Positions 1 through 9,024 of a stretch of DNA of 36,036 bases are shown here, one piece after another. The stretch spans positions 1 through 36,036 of the IMG/VR virus record IMGVR_UViG_3300046709_000081, one strand, 5' to 3'. The translations under genes were made by a program, and so were the position numbers. Position 1 is the stretch's first letter. Every line of letters begins with the position of its first letter. Source of the DNA: a virus. Taxonomy: Duplodnaviria > Caudoviricetes. The notes beneath the pieces are model-generated. The model did no database searches, was not told the DNA's origin, and was given only the letters and a program-made list of their open reading frames with translations.

Positions 1-60
1 GCTGAAAGTGTTTTTGTCCAGGACCGCATCCAAAGCGCGCGCTTTTTTCCAGAGAATTCC
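1..60 (+). other. Possible cos (packaging start) region
   Basis: GGACCGC...GCGCGCGCTTTTTTCC pattern upstream of the ParB-like/terminase block, as seen near cos sites of HK97-like phages; pattern recognition only. Confidence 0.35.
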
Positions 61-66
61 AGCCCC

Positions 67-750
67 ATGAAGGCAAAGCCCCCAGACCACCAGGCTATCC
101 CGATCGATGACGTTCACATCGATCCGGCCAACGTCCGGCAGCATCCCGAGGTCAACCGGGCCACCATCCGCGCCAGCCTGGCACGCTTCGGGCCTGGCCG
201 CTCGATCGTACTCGACGCGAACAACGTGGTACGGGCCGGCAACGGTACGCTGGAGGAAGCGCGGCGGGCAGGCTTCGATGAGGTGCTTATCGTCGAACCG
301 CAGGCGAACCAGATCGTTGCCGTCAAGCGAGCCTGGAGCTCTACCGAGGCAGCAGCTTACGCGATCGCGGATAACCGCGCAGCCGAGCATGCTGACTGGG
401 ATGACACGGCCCTCGCCTCGACGCTGCGGGCATTACAGAGCGAGGATTTCGACCTGGCGGCGGTCGGTTATACGGCCGACGAGGTTGACCAGCTCCTCGA
501 AACGCTGGCGGGCGACACGGCCCGGCAAGCGCTCGATGCTCTGGCCAACGGCCAATCCGACGATGACGATCGTGGACGGCGAACACAGGTGGAAGGTCTC
601 GGAACAGCCCGAGATCCAGGCGATGACGGGCGGCAGGGTTCCGGTCGTTTTCGTCGAGGGCAACCTTGGCCGGCTGATGGCGTCTACGATTCGCCACAAC
701 CGGGCTCGCGGCACGCACGGGGTTTTACCCATGGCTCGTATCGTTCGTGA
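67..750 (+). CDS. ParB/Srx-like N-terminal domain protein; C-terminus probably aberrant after ~560
   Basis: DPANVRQH...IRASLARFG...VRAGNG...AYAIADNRAAE..WD motif typical of phage ParB-like proteins upstream of terminase. Confidence 0.75.
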   Translation: MKAKPPDHQAIPIDDVHIDPANVRQHPEVNRATIRASLARFGPGRSIVLDANNVVRAGNGTLEEARRAGFDEVLIVEPQANQIVAVKRAWSSTEAAAYAIADNRAAEHADWDDTALASTLRALQSEDFDLAAVGYTADEVDQLLETLAGDTARQALDALANGQSDDDDRGRRTQVEGLGTARDPGDDGRQGSGRFRRGQPWPADGVYDSPQPGSRHARGFTHGSYRS

Positions 751-916
751 GCTGCACGGGCAGGGATGGCCCGAGAAACGGATCATGAAGCTGCTGGGAA
801 TGGAAGATGAGGAAGTGAAACGACTGCTCGATCACGCCGGGCAGCCCGAGCGGATCGGCAGTCGTAATGGCGGCTGGAACAAATCGTGGAAGCCGGATCG
901 CAACCTCAAGACTTGA
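563..916 (+). pseudogene. C-terminal part of an IbrB-like ParB-domain protein, 5'-truncated
   Basis: IVDGEHRW...MASTIRHNRARGTH...LLGMEDEEVKRL in a second frame overlapping ORF 67..750; the N-terminal half of the domain is missing. Confidence 0.65.
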
Positions 917-1721
917 GCGGGGCAGGCCGCGACGTGCCATCGGGGCCCAGGTCAACATTCTTGACGAGCTTCACCAGTAAGATGCGAGCATTGGATGGGA
1001 AAGCGTGGGCGCGGGCGGCGTTATCCCATTTCGCTCCAGCCGACCGGAACGCTGCTGTTACCTGTGCGAACTGCTCGGCACCGACCTTGGGGACGCGGAC
1101 AAAGCGGCCGTCGAAGTGACAGTGGCCCAGGATCTTGCAGACAGTCGCATTCCAGATGGACTCTGGGGCCTCCGTGGCGGGCTCGGCTGGCTGGCTCGCG
1201 GTTTTCTTCGTGACCTTGACCGGCTTCGCGTCCTGCGCGGTCTTGACGGCCTCGGCGCTCTTGCGGGCGGCAGCTTCGTCGGCTGCTTTCTGGGCGAGTG
1301 CCTTCTGGTCACGCTCGGCGGCTTTCTTGACGTCGACCTGGACATCAGGATTGTCGGTTAACCTGGCGATTGCGGCGGCGGTCTTGGCGGCGGCGCTCTT
1401 GGGAGCGGTCTTCTTGGCAGTTTTGGGGGCGGTCTTGGTCGCGGGCATAGTGGCGTCTCCAGTCTGGGGTTCAAGGGTCGCGGAAAAAGGCAGGATCGGG
1501 GTCACGTCGGCGGGCTTGCCCTTGCCGGGCAGCATGTCAATGGTCTTGTAGTTGAGCCAAAAGGTCTCGCCGGCTCGCTTCCACTGCGAGCCGAATTCAG
1601 TCGTGTCGGTTGTCTGGGCATCGTCAATCATCAGCGAGGCGACGTGCTCCCAGCCGTTGACCTTGAGGTGGTGCTGGGCGGTCTTGAATTCGTCGCGGCT
1701 GGGCTTGGGTAAGGCAGTCAT
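906..1721 (-). CDS. Hypothetical protein with Ala/Lys-rich histone-like middle; probable internal start at 1448
   Basis: Lies downstream of promoter P1; GGAGA RBS precedes in-frame ATG at 1448 (MPATKTAPKTAKK). Confidence 0.6.
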   Translation of the reverse strand: MTALPKPSRDEFKTAQHHLKVNGWEHVASLMIDDAQTTDTTEFGSQWKRAGETFWLNYKTIDMLPGKGKPADVTPILPFSATLEPQTGDATMPATKTAPKTAKKTAPKSAAAKTAAAIARLTDNPDVQVDVKKAAERDQKALAQKAADEAAARKSAEAVKTAQDAKPVKVTKKTASQPAEPATEAPESIWNATVCKILGHCHFDGRFVRVPKVGAEQFAQVTAAFRSAGAKWDNAARAHAFPSNARILLVKLVKNVDLGPDGTSRPAPLKS

Positions 1722-1768
1722 CGTGAGTTCCTTTCGGGTGTCGTAGTTGGTTGTTCGTCTCTACTATA

Positions 1769-1796
1769 AATATATACGGGAGGCGGGCAGAGTCAA
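1769..1796 (-). promoter_or_regulatory. Leftward sigma70-like promoter P1
   Basis: TTGACT-16-TATATT followed by TAGAGACGAACAACCAAC; nearly identical to P2. Confidence 0.7.
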
Positions 1797-1814
1797 TAGG
1801 CCCGTCAAGAATTT

Positions 1815-2000
1815 TTATTTGGCTGGGGCCTTTTTCTTGACCTGCTTCGCCAGCAGCTTCGCGGCCTCGTTGACGGCGTCGGTGAGCGTCTTGATGTTCT
1901 CCCCGTCGATGGCCGCTTCGAGGCGGTCTCGCGTGATCTGGGGCAGGTTCATAAAGGTTTGCACCCTCGGCTCGGCCTTGCGTTCATTCAGCTTGGGCAT
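1815..2000 (-). CDS. Small basic RHH-like DNA-binding protein
   Basis: GAGGAG RBS; beta-strand (VQTFMNL) followed by two predicted helices. Confidence 0.5.
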   Translation of the reverse strand: MPKLNERKAEPRVQTFMNLPQITRDRLEAAIDGENIKTLTDAVNEAAKLLAKQVKKKAPAK

Positions 2001-2160
2001 GACATGATTCTCCTCGTTGAATTCCGGTTCGTAAACCTGACGATTCACTCGACTTGTGGTGGTAATGGCGTACACTGGAATCACCTTTCTCTCTCAGGGG
2101 GAAGGGAACCGGGGTCGAGCGGAGGTTACATTCCGCCCGGCCCCACACTTTTGGTCAGGG

Positions 2161-2394
2161 TTAGTCGTTGATGATCAAGGCGTTGATGCCACGGATTGAA
2201 TCGCGATAACGCCAGCCCATCGTCTCGCCGGCCTGGACATCTCGACGCATAAAGACAAACTCGCCGATGCGGGTCTGGCCGGTCGAGGAGTTGATGTTGA
2301 AGTAGGCAGGCGGGGCGTCAAGCTGAAGCTGGCTAATCTCGGACACATAGGTTCCATCGGTCACTTTGTCAAATGCACTCAGGGGAAGGTTCAT
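2161..2394 (-). CDS. Hypothetical protein (77 aa)
   Basis: GGAGA RBS, ATG start, part of leftward cluster. Confidence 0.65.
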   Translation of the reverse strand: MNLPLSAFDKVTDGTYVSEISQLQLDAPPAYFNINSSTGQTRIGEFVFMRRDVQAGETMGWRYRDSIRGINALIIND

Positions 2395-2423
2395 GGGTCA
2401 GGTCTCCAGGTTGGGGTCAGGGG

Positions 2424-2630
2424 TCAGTCTTGAACAACGATGAGGTTGATTCCGCTGATCTGCTTGGCTTCGGCTTTCGCATCTCTCAGGGCATCGCGGT
2501 AAGTGCCCGTCGCTGTGAAGCTGGTCGAGGCGTGATCGCGGCAAAGTGAAAAGATCCACGCTCCGTACTGGCTGGGCTTGGGCTTGCGTCCGTGGGTCGC
2601 TTCGTAGTTCTCGGTGTTGATCGTCATCAT
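2424..2630 (-). CDS. Hypothetical protein (68 aa)
   Basis: AAGGA RBS directly downstream of promoter P2. Confidence 0.65.
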   Translation of the reverse strand: MMTINTENYEATHGRKPKPSQYGAWIFSLCRDHASTSFTATGTYRDALRDAKAEAKQISGINLIVVQD

Positions 2631-2672
2631 CGTTTCCTTTCAGGTTGGTTGTCGTTTGTCGTCTCTATAGTA

Positions 2673-2700
2673 AATATATACGGGAAGGGGTCAGAGTCAA
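2673..2700 (-). promoter_or_regulatory. Leftward sigma70-like promoter P2
   Basis: TTGACT-16-TATATT followed by TAGAGACGAC...ACAACCAAC. Confidence 0.7.
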
Positions 2701-2720
2701 CCCCCTCCCGAAAAGATTTT

Positions 2721-2996
2721 TTATTCCAGGATTTCGGCGGTCTCGATCATGGCCCGGATGGCTTTGAGGGTTGTCAGGCTGCGGCTCTCGCTCAGGTCCG
2801 CCAGCAGGGTTTCCAGCCCGCCGATCGCGTCCTCGATGGCTGCGTTGATGTTCCGCTCGCTGGCGTTGATCTCGGCGTCGCGGCGGCTCTCAAAATCTTC
2901 AACCTCATCGCCGTCCGCGTCGAGCACCACATAGTAGTTGCCTTCGCTCTCTTCGTTGTACTTCTCTTCGGTGGTGTAAATCGTTTCGGTTGTCAT
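2721..2996 (-). CDS. Acidic hypothetical protein (91 aa)
   Basis: AAGGA RBS, ATG at 2996 downstream of P3; Asp/Glu-rich N-terminal half. Confidence 0.65.
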   Translation of the reverse strand: MTTETIYTTEEKYNEESEGNYYVVLDADGDEVEDFESRRDAEINASERNINAAIEDAIGGLETLLADLSESRSLTTLKAIRAMIETAEILE

Positions 2997-3036
2997 CTCA
3001 TTTCCTTCGTGGTTGGTTGTCGTCGTCTCTATATAT

Positions 3037-3065
3037 ACTGTACTCAAGCCATCCTCTTGTGACAA
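3037..3065 (-). promoter_or_regulatory. Leftward sigma70-like promoter P3
   Basis: TTGTCA-17-TACAGT followed by TAGAGACGACGACAACCAAC. Confidence 0.65.
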
Positions 3066-3096
3066 CCCCTTCCCCGAAATTTTCTGAAAGTTTTTC

Positions 3097-3597
3097 ATGC
3101 GTGGACGCAAACCGATCCCGACCAGGTTGAAAATCCTCAAGGGTTCCCAGCAGCCCATCAATTATCAGGAGCCGAGCCTGCCGCCAGGCCGACCCGATTG
3201 CCCCGAGCACCTCGACCAGCTTGCCCGCCAGGAGTGGGATCGGCTGGTTCCCATCGTGGAGCGGATGGGCATCCTGACGGAAGCCGAGGGCGGGGCACTT
3301 ATGCTTTATTGCGAATGTTACTCCAAGTGGATGCGGGCGAGGGCTGACATCGCCAAGCGGGGCCTGCTGATCGAGTGCACCAGAGTCATCGAATCCAAGC
3401 GCAAGGAAACTATCCAGACGTTCGGCAAGGTGATTGCCAACCCTGCGGTCAACATTGAGATTCAGATGAGTCGGTTGATGAAGGAAATCCTGATCGAGTT
3501 CGGCCTGACGCCTTCGGCACGCAGCCGGATCAAGACCGGCGAGGTTCGCGGCGACCGGCTCTCTGACTTCCTGGCCAAGCAGAAGAAAGCCCGCTAG
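3097..3597 (+). CDS. terS: Terminase small subunit, P27 family
   Basis: MRGRKPIPT...PEHL...EW...EFGLTPSARSR signature; stop overlaps the TerL start. Confidence 0.93.
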   Translation: MRGRKPIPTRLKILKGSQQPINYQEPSLPPGRPDCPEHLDQLARQEWDRLVPIVERMGILTEAEGGALMLYCECYSKWMRARADIAKRGLLIECTRVIESKRKETIQTFGKVIANPAVNIEIQMSRLMKEILIEFGLTPSARSRIKTGEVRGDRLSDFLAKQKKAR

Positions 3598-5201
3598 TGC
3601 CAGCTGTCGCCAAGAAGTGGATACGCGGGCCGGTCGATAAGCTGGCCATCGAGCAGGGTTGCTACTTCGACCCCGCCATTGGCCGGGGGGCCTGTGATTT
3701 CATCCAGACGTTTTGCGTGCAGAGCAAAGGCCGATGGGCTGGCAAACTGCTTACCCTGCTCCCGTGGCAAGTGGACTTCATCATGCGGCTGTTCGGCTGG
3801 CGGGTCGCTGACGGGCGACGGCGGTTCAAACGGGCCTACCTCGAAGTGGCAAAGAAGAATGGTAAGACCACCATGCTCTCGGCGCTCGCCCTCCTGCTCC
3901 TGCTGGCCGATGGTGAGGGGGCTCCCGAGGTCTACGTGCTCGCCGTCGATCGCGATCAGGCGTCGATTCTCTTCGATGAGTCGGCTCGGATGGTACGGTC
4001 TTCACCCGAGTTCGCAAGCCGGCTGGAGCTGGTGGACTCCCGCAAGCGGATCGTCGATCCCATCGGCAACGGCAAGATCACGGCGGGCTCGGCCGAGGTC
4101 TCCCAGAAAGACGGCGTGAACGCCAGCGGCATCATCTTCGATGAACTGCACCGCCAGCGTACCCGTGAGATGTGGGACGTTTTCGAGTATGCCGGGGCTT
4201 CCCGCGAGCAACCCTTGAAGATCAGCATCACCACGGCCGGCGAAGATACCGAAGGCATCTGGCACGAGCAGCGGGAGTATTCGGAGAAGGTCAACGCGGG
4301 CGTGATCCCCGACATCACGCATCTCGGCGTCATCTACCGGGCATTCGAGGAAGACGACCTGGACGACCCGGCGACCTGGCAGAAAGCCAACCCCTCCCTC
4401 GGCCACACGATCAGTATCGACGACTTCAAGCGCGAGCTGGCCGAGGCGAAGGAAGTCCCGGCCAAGTGGGCGAACTTCAAGCGGCTCAGGCTCAACATCG
4501 TGGCCCGCGGCGATGCGGCCTTCTGCTCGCTGGAGCAATGGGACCTGTGCAATGCCCATGCCACCCTGACCGGCTCCGAGCCGATCCTGGGCGGGCTCGA
4601 CCTGTCCACCATCGATGACCTGACGGCGCTCGCCATCGTCAGCCGTGAGCCTGATTCCGAGGTCGGCGTCGAGATGCATTTCTGGCTCCCCGAGGAGAAC
4701 ATCGTCATGCTCGAAAAACGGCATCAGGTGCCGTACCGGACGTGGGCCGACATGGGCCTGATCACCCTGACGCCGGGCAACGTGATTGACTACTCGTTTA
4801 TACGGTCTCATATCAACCTGTTAGCGCAAGAGCGTGAGTTGATCAAGCTCATGGTTGATCCGTGGAACGCAACCAAGCTGGCCCTTGAACTCAAGGAACA
4901 GGACGGGCTCCCCGTGGAATACATCCGGCAGGGCTTCGGCTCGCTGGCCGGCCCGACCAAGGAATTGCTGCGGCTGATCCTCTCGGGTCAGCTTCGCCAC
5001 GGCGGGCACCCGATCCTACGGTGGCATGCGTCGAACGCGGTTGCCGAGCAGGACGCGGCCGGCAATATCAAGCTATCCAAGCGCAAGAGTGCCAGGAAGA
5101 TCGACGGCATGGCGGCACTGGTCAATGCGATTGCGGCAGCGACCGGCGACGATGGCGGCGGGGCGTCGGTTTATGAAACACGGGGTATGCTTGTTCTTTG
5201 A
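3597..5201 (+). CDS. terL: Terminase large subunit
   Basis: Walker A VAKKNGKT, Walker B IIFDELH, ITTAG, nuclease motifs GGLDLS and KIDG. Confidence 0.97.
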   Translation: MPAVAKKWIRGPVDKLAIEQGCYFDPAIGRGACDFIQTFCVQSKGRWAGKLLTLLPWQVDFIMRLFGWRVADGRRRFKRAYLEVAKKNGKTTMLSALALLLLLADGEGAPEVYVLAVDRDQASILFDESARMVRSSPEFASRLELVDSRKRIVDPIGNGKITAGSAEVSQKDGVNASGIIFDELHRQRTREMWDVFEYAGASREQPLKISITTAGEDTEGIWHEQREYSEKVNAGVIPDITHLGVIYRAFEEDDLDDPATWQKANPSLGHTISIDDFKRELAEAKEVPAKWANFKRLRLNIVARGDAAFCSLEQWDLCNAHATLTGSEPILGGLDLSTIDDLTALAIVSREPDSEVGVEMHFWLPEENIVMLEKRHQVPYRTWADMGLITLTPGNVIDYSFIRSHINLLAQERELIKLMVDPWNATKLALELKEQDGLPVEYIRQGFGSLAGPTKELLRLILSGQLRHGGHPILRWHASNAVAEQDAAGNIKLSKRKSARKIDGMAALVNAIAAATGDDGGGASVYETRGMLVL

Positions 5202-6547
5202 TGCATCCATTTGATCAAGTAAGGGCCTGGCTAGACCAGCGTAGACACCGGGCCGAGCTGAGGTCAATGACCTTCAGCGGCGGGGCGGTCCCTGCGGCTC
5301 CCGTGCTCTCGGGCACGTTTGTTACCGCTGACACCGCGATTGGCCTGACGGCGGTTTACTGCGCGATGAACGTCATCAGTCGAGACGTGGCCTGCCTGCC
5401 TCGGCATGTCTATCAGACGACCAAGGAGGGCGGGCACGAGATCGAGAAGGACCACCCCGCCGAATACCTTGTGGGCACTGGCGATCCCAATGAGGAGATG
5501 GGCCAGTTTCGCTACCTGCAAACCGAGATGGGTCATGTCCTCGGCCGGGGCAACGGATACTCGGAGATCGTCCGCAAGGGCGGCTACCCGCAAAGCCTCG
5601 AACCGCTCCACCCCGTGAAGACGAAGGTAAAGCGAACGGAGAAGGGGAAGCTCTATTACGAGCTCGACAACAAGGAGAAGCTCCCCGCCGAGGATGTCTT
5701 GCACCTGGCGGGCCTGGGCTTTGACGGCATCTCCGGTTATTGCCCGATCACCATCTGCCGCCAGTCGATCGGCACGGCCATGGCCACCGAGCAATTCGGG
5801 GCGGCGTTCTTCGGCAACGGCGCGATCCCTGGCGGCGTGCTCAAGCACCCCAGACGGCTCACCGAGGCGGCGCAGAACAACCTTCGCAAGACGATCAATC
5901 AGGTCCATCAGGGAAGCCAGTCGGCTCATCACCTGCTCATCATCGAAGAGGGCATGGAATACCAGGACCGGCAGATTTCCCCCGAGGATAGCCAGTACAT
6001 CGCGGGCCGGCAATTCTCAGTCCTGGAAATCGCCCGACTCTTCTCCTGCCCGCCGCACAAGCTGGGCGACTACAGCCAGGCACATCTGAACAGCGTGGAA
6101 GAAAGCAACCTCGATTACCTGGCAACCACGATCCTCGGCTGGGTGACGATGCTCGATGACGAAGCCACCAGGAAGCTCCTCACGCGAGACGAGCGGAAGT
6201 CGGGCCTGATCATCCTCACGGACCTGCGAGCTCTGCTACGGGGCAATACGGCCGTGCGAACGACGTATTACCAGACCATGCGCAACATGGGAGCGCTCTC
6301 GGCCGATGACATCCGCGTGGCCGAGGGGATGAACCCGCTCCCGGCCGGCTCGGGCGGCGACCTCTATCTGGTCCAGGCGCAGTATCAACCGCTGGCCAAG
6401 GCGGGGGAACCGAAGCCGATACCGGCACCATTCGGGGCACCGCCCGCCATACCTCCCGAGGAACCGCCGCCACCGCCACCAGAACCGCCACCACCACCGG
6501 CCAAGAAACGCGATCTCATCTCCACGAACGGATATCACCATGAGTGA
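5198..6547 (+). CDS. Portal protein, HK97 family
   Basis: GNGY, VLHL.GLGFDG..G..PI, FFGNGA.PGG, EIARLF..PPH.LG motifs; Pro-rich C-terminal tail. Confidence 0.96.
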   Translation: MMHPFDQVRAWLDQRRHRAELRSMTFSGGAVPAAPVLSGTFVTADTAIGLTAVYCAMNVISRDVACLPRHVYQTTKEGGHEIEKDHPAEYLVGTGDPNEEMGQFRYLQTEMGHVLGRGNGYSEIVRKGGYPQSLEPLHPVKTKVKRTEKGKLYYELDNKEKLPAEDVLHLAGLGFDGISGYCPITICRQSIGTAMATEQFGAAFFGNGAIPGGVLKHPRRLTEAAQNNLRKTINQVHQGSQSAHHLLIIEEGMEYQDRQISPEDSQYIAGRQFSVLEIARLFSCPPHKLGDYSQAHLNSVEESNLDYLATTILGWVTMLDDEATRKLLTRDERKSGLIILTDLRALLRGNTAVRTTYYQTMRNMGALSADDIRVAEGMNPLPAGSGGDLYLVQAQYQPLAKAGEPKPIPAPFGAPPAIPPEEPPPPPPEPPPPPAKKRDLISTNGYHHE

Positions 6548-7160
6548 CCAAAGCAAACGAGAAACACGCTGCCTGATGGCGGGCCTGGAATTGCGGGCGG
6601 CAGCCGATGACAAGGGGCCGGGCGTGGCCATCGGCTACGCGGCGGTCTTCGACAAGCTCTCGGCCGACCTGGGCTGGTTCCGCGAGAAGATCGCGCCGGG
6701 GGCGTTCCGCGATTGCCTGGGGCAAGACATCCGGGCTCTCGTCAACCATGACCCCAACCAGCTGATCGGCCGCACGTCGGCGGGCACGATGCGACTCACC
6801 GAAGACGAGATCGGTCTGCGTGCCGAGATCGACCTGCCCGATACCGAGCTGGGTAGGAGCACGGCAACCTCGATCCGTCGCGGCGACATGACCGGGATGT
6901 CGTTCTCGTTCGAGAGCGAGGTTGACAAATGGGACAAGTCTTATGATCCACCCGTGCGCACGCTTATCAGGTGCTCACGAGTTTTCGATGTCGGCCCGGT
7001 GGCGTTCCCTGCCTACGAAGAAACCAGCGTCGCCATGCGCTCGCTGGCCGCTCTGGAGGCACCGCCCGGGCCGCCTCCCCAAAGCACTCCCGCCGTGTTC
7101 GTTTCCCTTTCTCTCGCCAAGGCGCGACAGAAACTCGCCGAGGCTGTCTCTCCGCTCTGA
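6540..7160 (+). CDS. Prohead protease, HK97 family
   Basis: GYAAVF, FREKIAPGAF, LVNHD, GMSFSF, VAFPAY motifs. Confidence 0.95.
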   Translation: MSDQSKRETRCLMAGLELRAAADDKGPGVAIGYAAVFDKLSADLGWFREKIAPGAFRDCLGQDIRALVNHDPNQLIGRTSAGTMRLTEDEIGLRAEIDLPDTELGRSTATSIRRGDMTGMSFSFESEVDKWDKSYDPPVRTLIRCSRVFDVGPVAFPAYEETSVAMRSLAALEAPPGPPPQSTPAVFVSLSLAKARQKLAEAVSPL

Positions 7161-7172
7161 AAGGAGCCTTTC

Positions 7173-8534
7173 ATGTTGCTCAAGGAGAAAGCCTCGGAAC
7201 TGAGGCAACAGCGCAGCAAACTACTGGATGAGTCCCGCGAAATCTGCGAGCGCATCACGAAAGAAAATCGTGATATGTCCGTGGATGAGAATGACCGCCA
7301 CCGCCACATCTGCGGCGACGGCACCCAGGAGCACCGGGGCGAGGCAATCCTGCTGGCCGAGCGGATCAGCCAGATCGAACGGCAGATCGCGGTCGATACC
7401 AACGGCCCCGAGCCTACCGAGCGGCGGTCAGCCCCGTTGCCCCACGAAGATCCGGCCAACGTCGGCACCAGGCACCGCTATAGCCTGCTGCGTGCCGCCA
7501 AGTGCCGCTTCCAGGGCCGTCCCGTCGATGGCCTGGAGGGGGAGGTGTCGACCGAGCTGGAGAAACGCTCCGGCAAGTCACCGCTTGGCTTCCTCATGCC
7601 CTATCGCACGAGTACGGCCGTTGTCGGCGGCGAGCGGCGTGCTCTCGATACGTCCGCTCCGATCGGCGGGGCCTCGGTGCCGACGATCCTCACGGCCGAC
7701 TGGATCGAATTGCTGCGGGCTCGCATGGTCCTGATGCAGGCCGGGGCGACGCAGATCATGGACCTGCAAGGCAAGTTCGCCATTCCGCGCCAGAACGCGG
7801 CGGCAACCGCCTACTGGGTTGCTGAAAGCGGTGCCCCCACCGGCTCGAATCAAACCTTGGATCAGGTTTTGTTCACCCCCAAGACAATCGGAGCCTTCAC
7901 AGACATCTCACGCCGGTTCTTCGAACTGACAATCCTCGACTCGGGCGAGGAGTTCGTCAAGAGTGACCTGACGGCGATCCTGGCCCGCGGCGTCGATCTG
8001 GCGGCGTTCAATGGCAGCGGTGCCAACACGCCGCTGGGCATCCTCCAGGATACGACCATCACCGCCACCCGGACGGTCAGCCTGGGCACCACGGGAGGGG
8101 CTCCAACCTGGATGGCTCTGGTGGAGCTGAACACGATCGTCAGCCGTGGCAACGCGGCCGACCTCGGCGCTTTCGTTTATGTGACCAATGCCGATGGCCG
8201 GGGCACGATGGCCACCACGGCCAAGATCGGCAGCACCTACCCGGTCTTCCTGCTTGAAGACGGCAAGATTTACGGCATGCCAGCCTACTTCACGCAGATG
8301 ATCCCCAACAATCTGACCAAGGGGGCAGGCGTCAACCTTTCGGCCATCATCGGCATGATCGCCAACCAGAACGTCCTGGCCTACTGGTCGGGTATCGACA
8401 TCCTGGTCGATCCTTACACTGGATCGAGCTCGGGGACGGTTCGCATCGTCGCCCTCCAGGACATGGACGTCCAGCGTCGCCATCCCGAAGCATTCGCGGT
8501 TATCGTCGATATGACCAGTAATCAATTGGCATAA
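7173..8534 (+). CDS. Major capsid protein, HK97 fold, with N-terminal delta domain
   Basis: AAGGAG RBS; AYWVAE, LTAILA...D.A.FNGSG..PLGI, RHPEAFA; follows the protease. Confidence 0.95.
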   Translation: MLLKEKASELRQQRSKLLDESREICERITKENRDMSVDENDRHRHICGDGTQEHRGEAILLAERISQIERQIAVDTNGPEPTERRSAPLPHEDPANVGTRHRYSLLRAAKCRFQGRPVDGLEGEVSTELEKRSGKSPLGFLMPYRTSTAVVGGERRALDTSAPIGGASVPTILTADWIELLRARMVLMQAGATQIMDLQGKFAIPRQNAAATAYWVAESGAPTGSNQTLDQVLFTPKTIGAFTDISRRFFELTILDSGEEFVKSDLTAILARGVDLAAFNGSGANTPLGILQDTTITATRTVSLGTTGGAPTWMALVELNTIVSRGNAADLGAFVYVTNADGRGTMATTAKIGSTYPVFLLEDGKIYGMPAYFTQMIPNNLTKGAGVNLSAIIGMIANQNVLAYWSGIDILVDPYTGSSSGTVRIVALQDMDVQRRHPEAFAVIVDMTSNQLA

Positions 8535-8538
8535 AAAC

Positions 8539-8559
8539 CGGGCAGGGGTTTCCTGCCCG
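8539..8559 (+). terminator. Hairpin after capsid gene (weak terminator or mRNA stabiliser)
   Basis: CGGGCAGG-GGTTT-CCTGCCCG immediately after the stop; poor U-tract. Confidence 0.45.
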
Positions 8560-8628
8560 TCATAGGTTTGGAGTTTGGTCCGGTTCCGCCTATGCCGGCC
8601 CGGCTCCGCTCTCATTCTGGAGGCAATC

Positions 8629-9024
8629 ATGAAGAAGGTCAAAGCTTTGAAGGAGTTTTTCTCCGGCGACAAGACGCTCGCCAAGGGCGATCTCATCGAG
8701 ACCACCAACGAGCGGGCGGCCGATCTGGTCAAGCAGAGCATGGCCGAGTACGTCGGCGATCGGCCCCCGCTCGATCCAATGCTGGTGGCGCACCTGGAGC
8801 CCGAGCCCGAGCCACCGCCACCAGAACTTGCCGACCCTGCCGACGCCGAGAAGGCAGCCGCCGAGACAATCGAGCGGGCCGACAGGGCCGAGCGGGAAGC
8901 CAAGCGGGCCAAGGAGTCCATCGAGCAGGCCAAGGCGACAATCGAACAGGCCAAGGCCAAGGACAAGGACAAGGGCAAGCCTGCCGAGGCCAAGCCCGAG
9001 CCGCACGTCAAGGCGCATCACTGA
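8629..9024 (+). CDS. Small post-capsid protein
   Basis: GGAGG RBS before ATG 8629; ERAADLVK...AEYV motif plus charged helical tail. Confidence 0.75.
   Translation: MKKVKALKEFFSGDKTLAKGDLIETTNERAADLVKQSMAEYVGDRPPLDPMLVAHLEPEPEPPPPELADPADAEKAAAETIERADRAEREAKRAKESIEQAKATIEQAKAKDKDKGKPAEAKPEPHVKAHH

Noticed and set aside
6400-6510. Pro-rich low-complexity repeat at the portal 3' end
   Set aside because: An ordinary disordered portal tail
3679-9011. Long antisense and alternate-frame ORFs over the head genes (and similar ones such as 22558..23553 and 34683..35438)
   Set aside because: Shadow ORFs expected in high-GC DNA; no motifs or RBS
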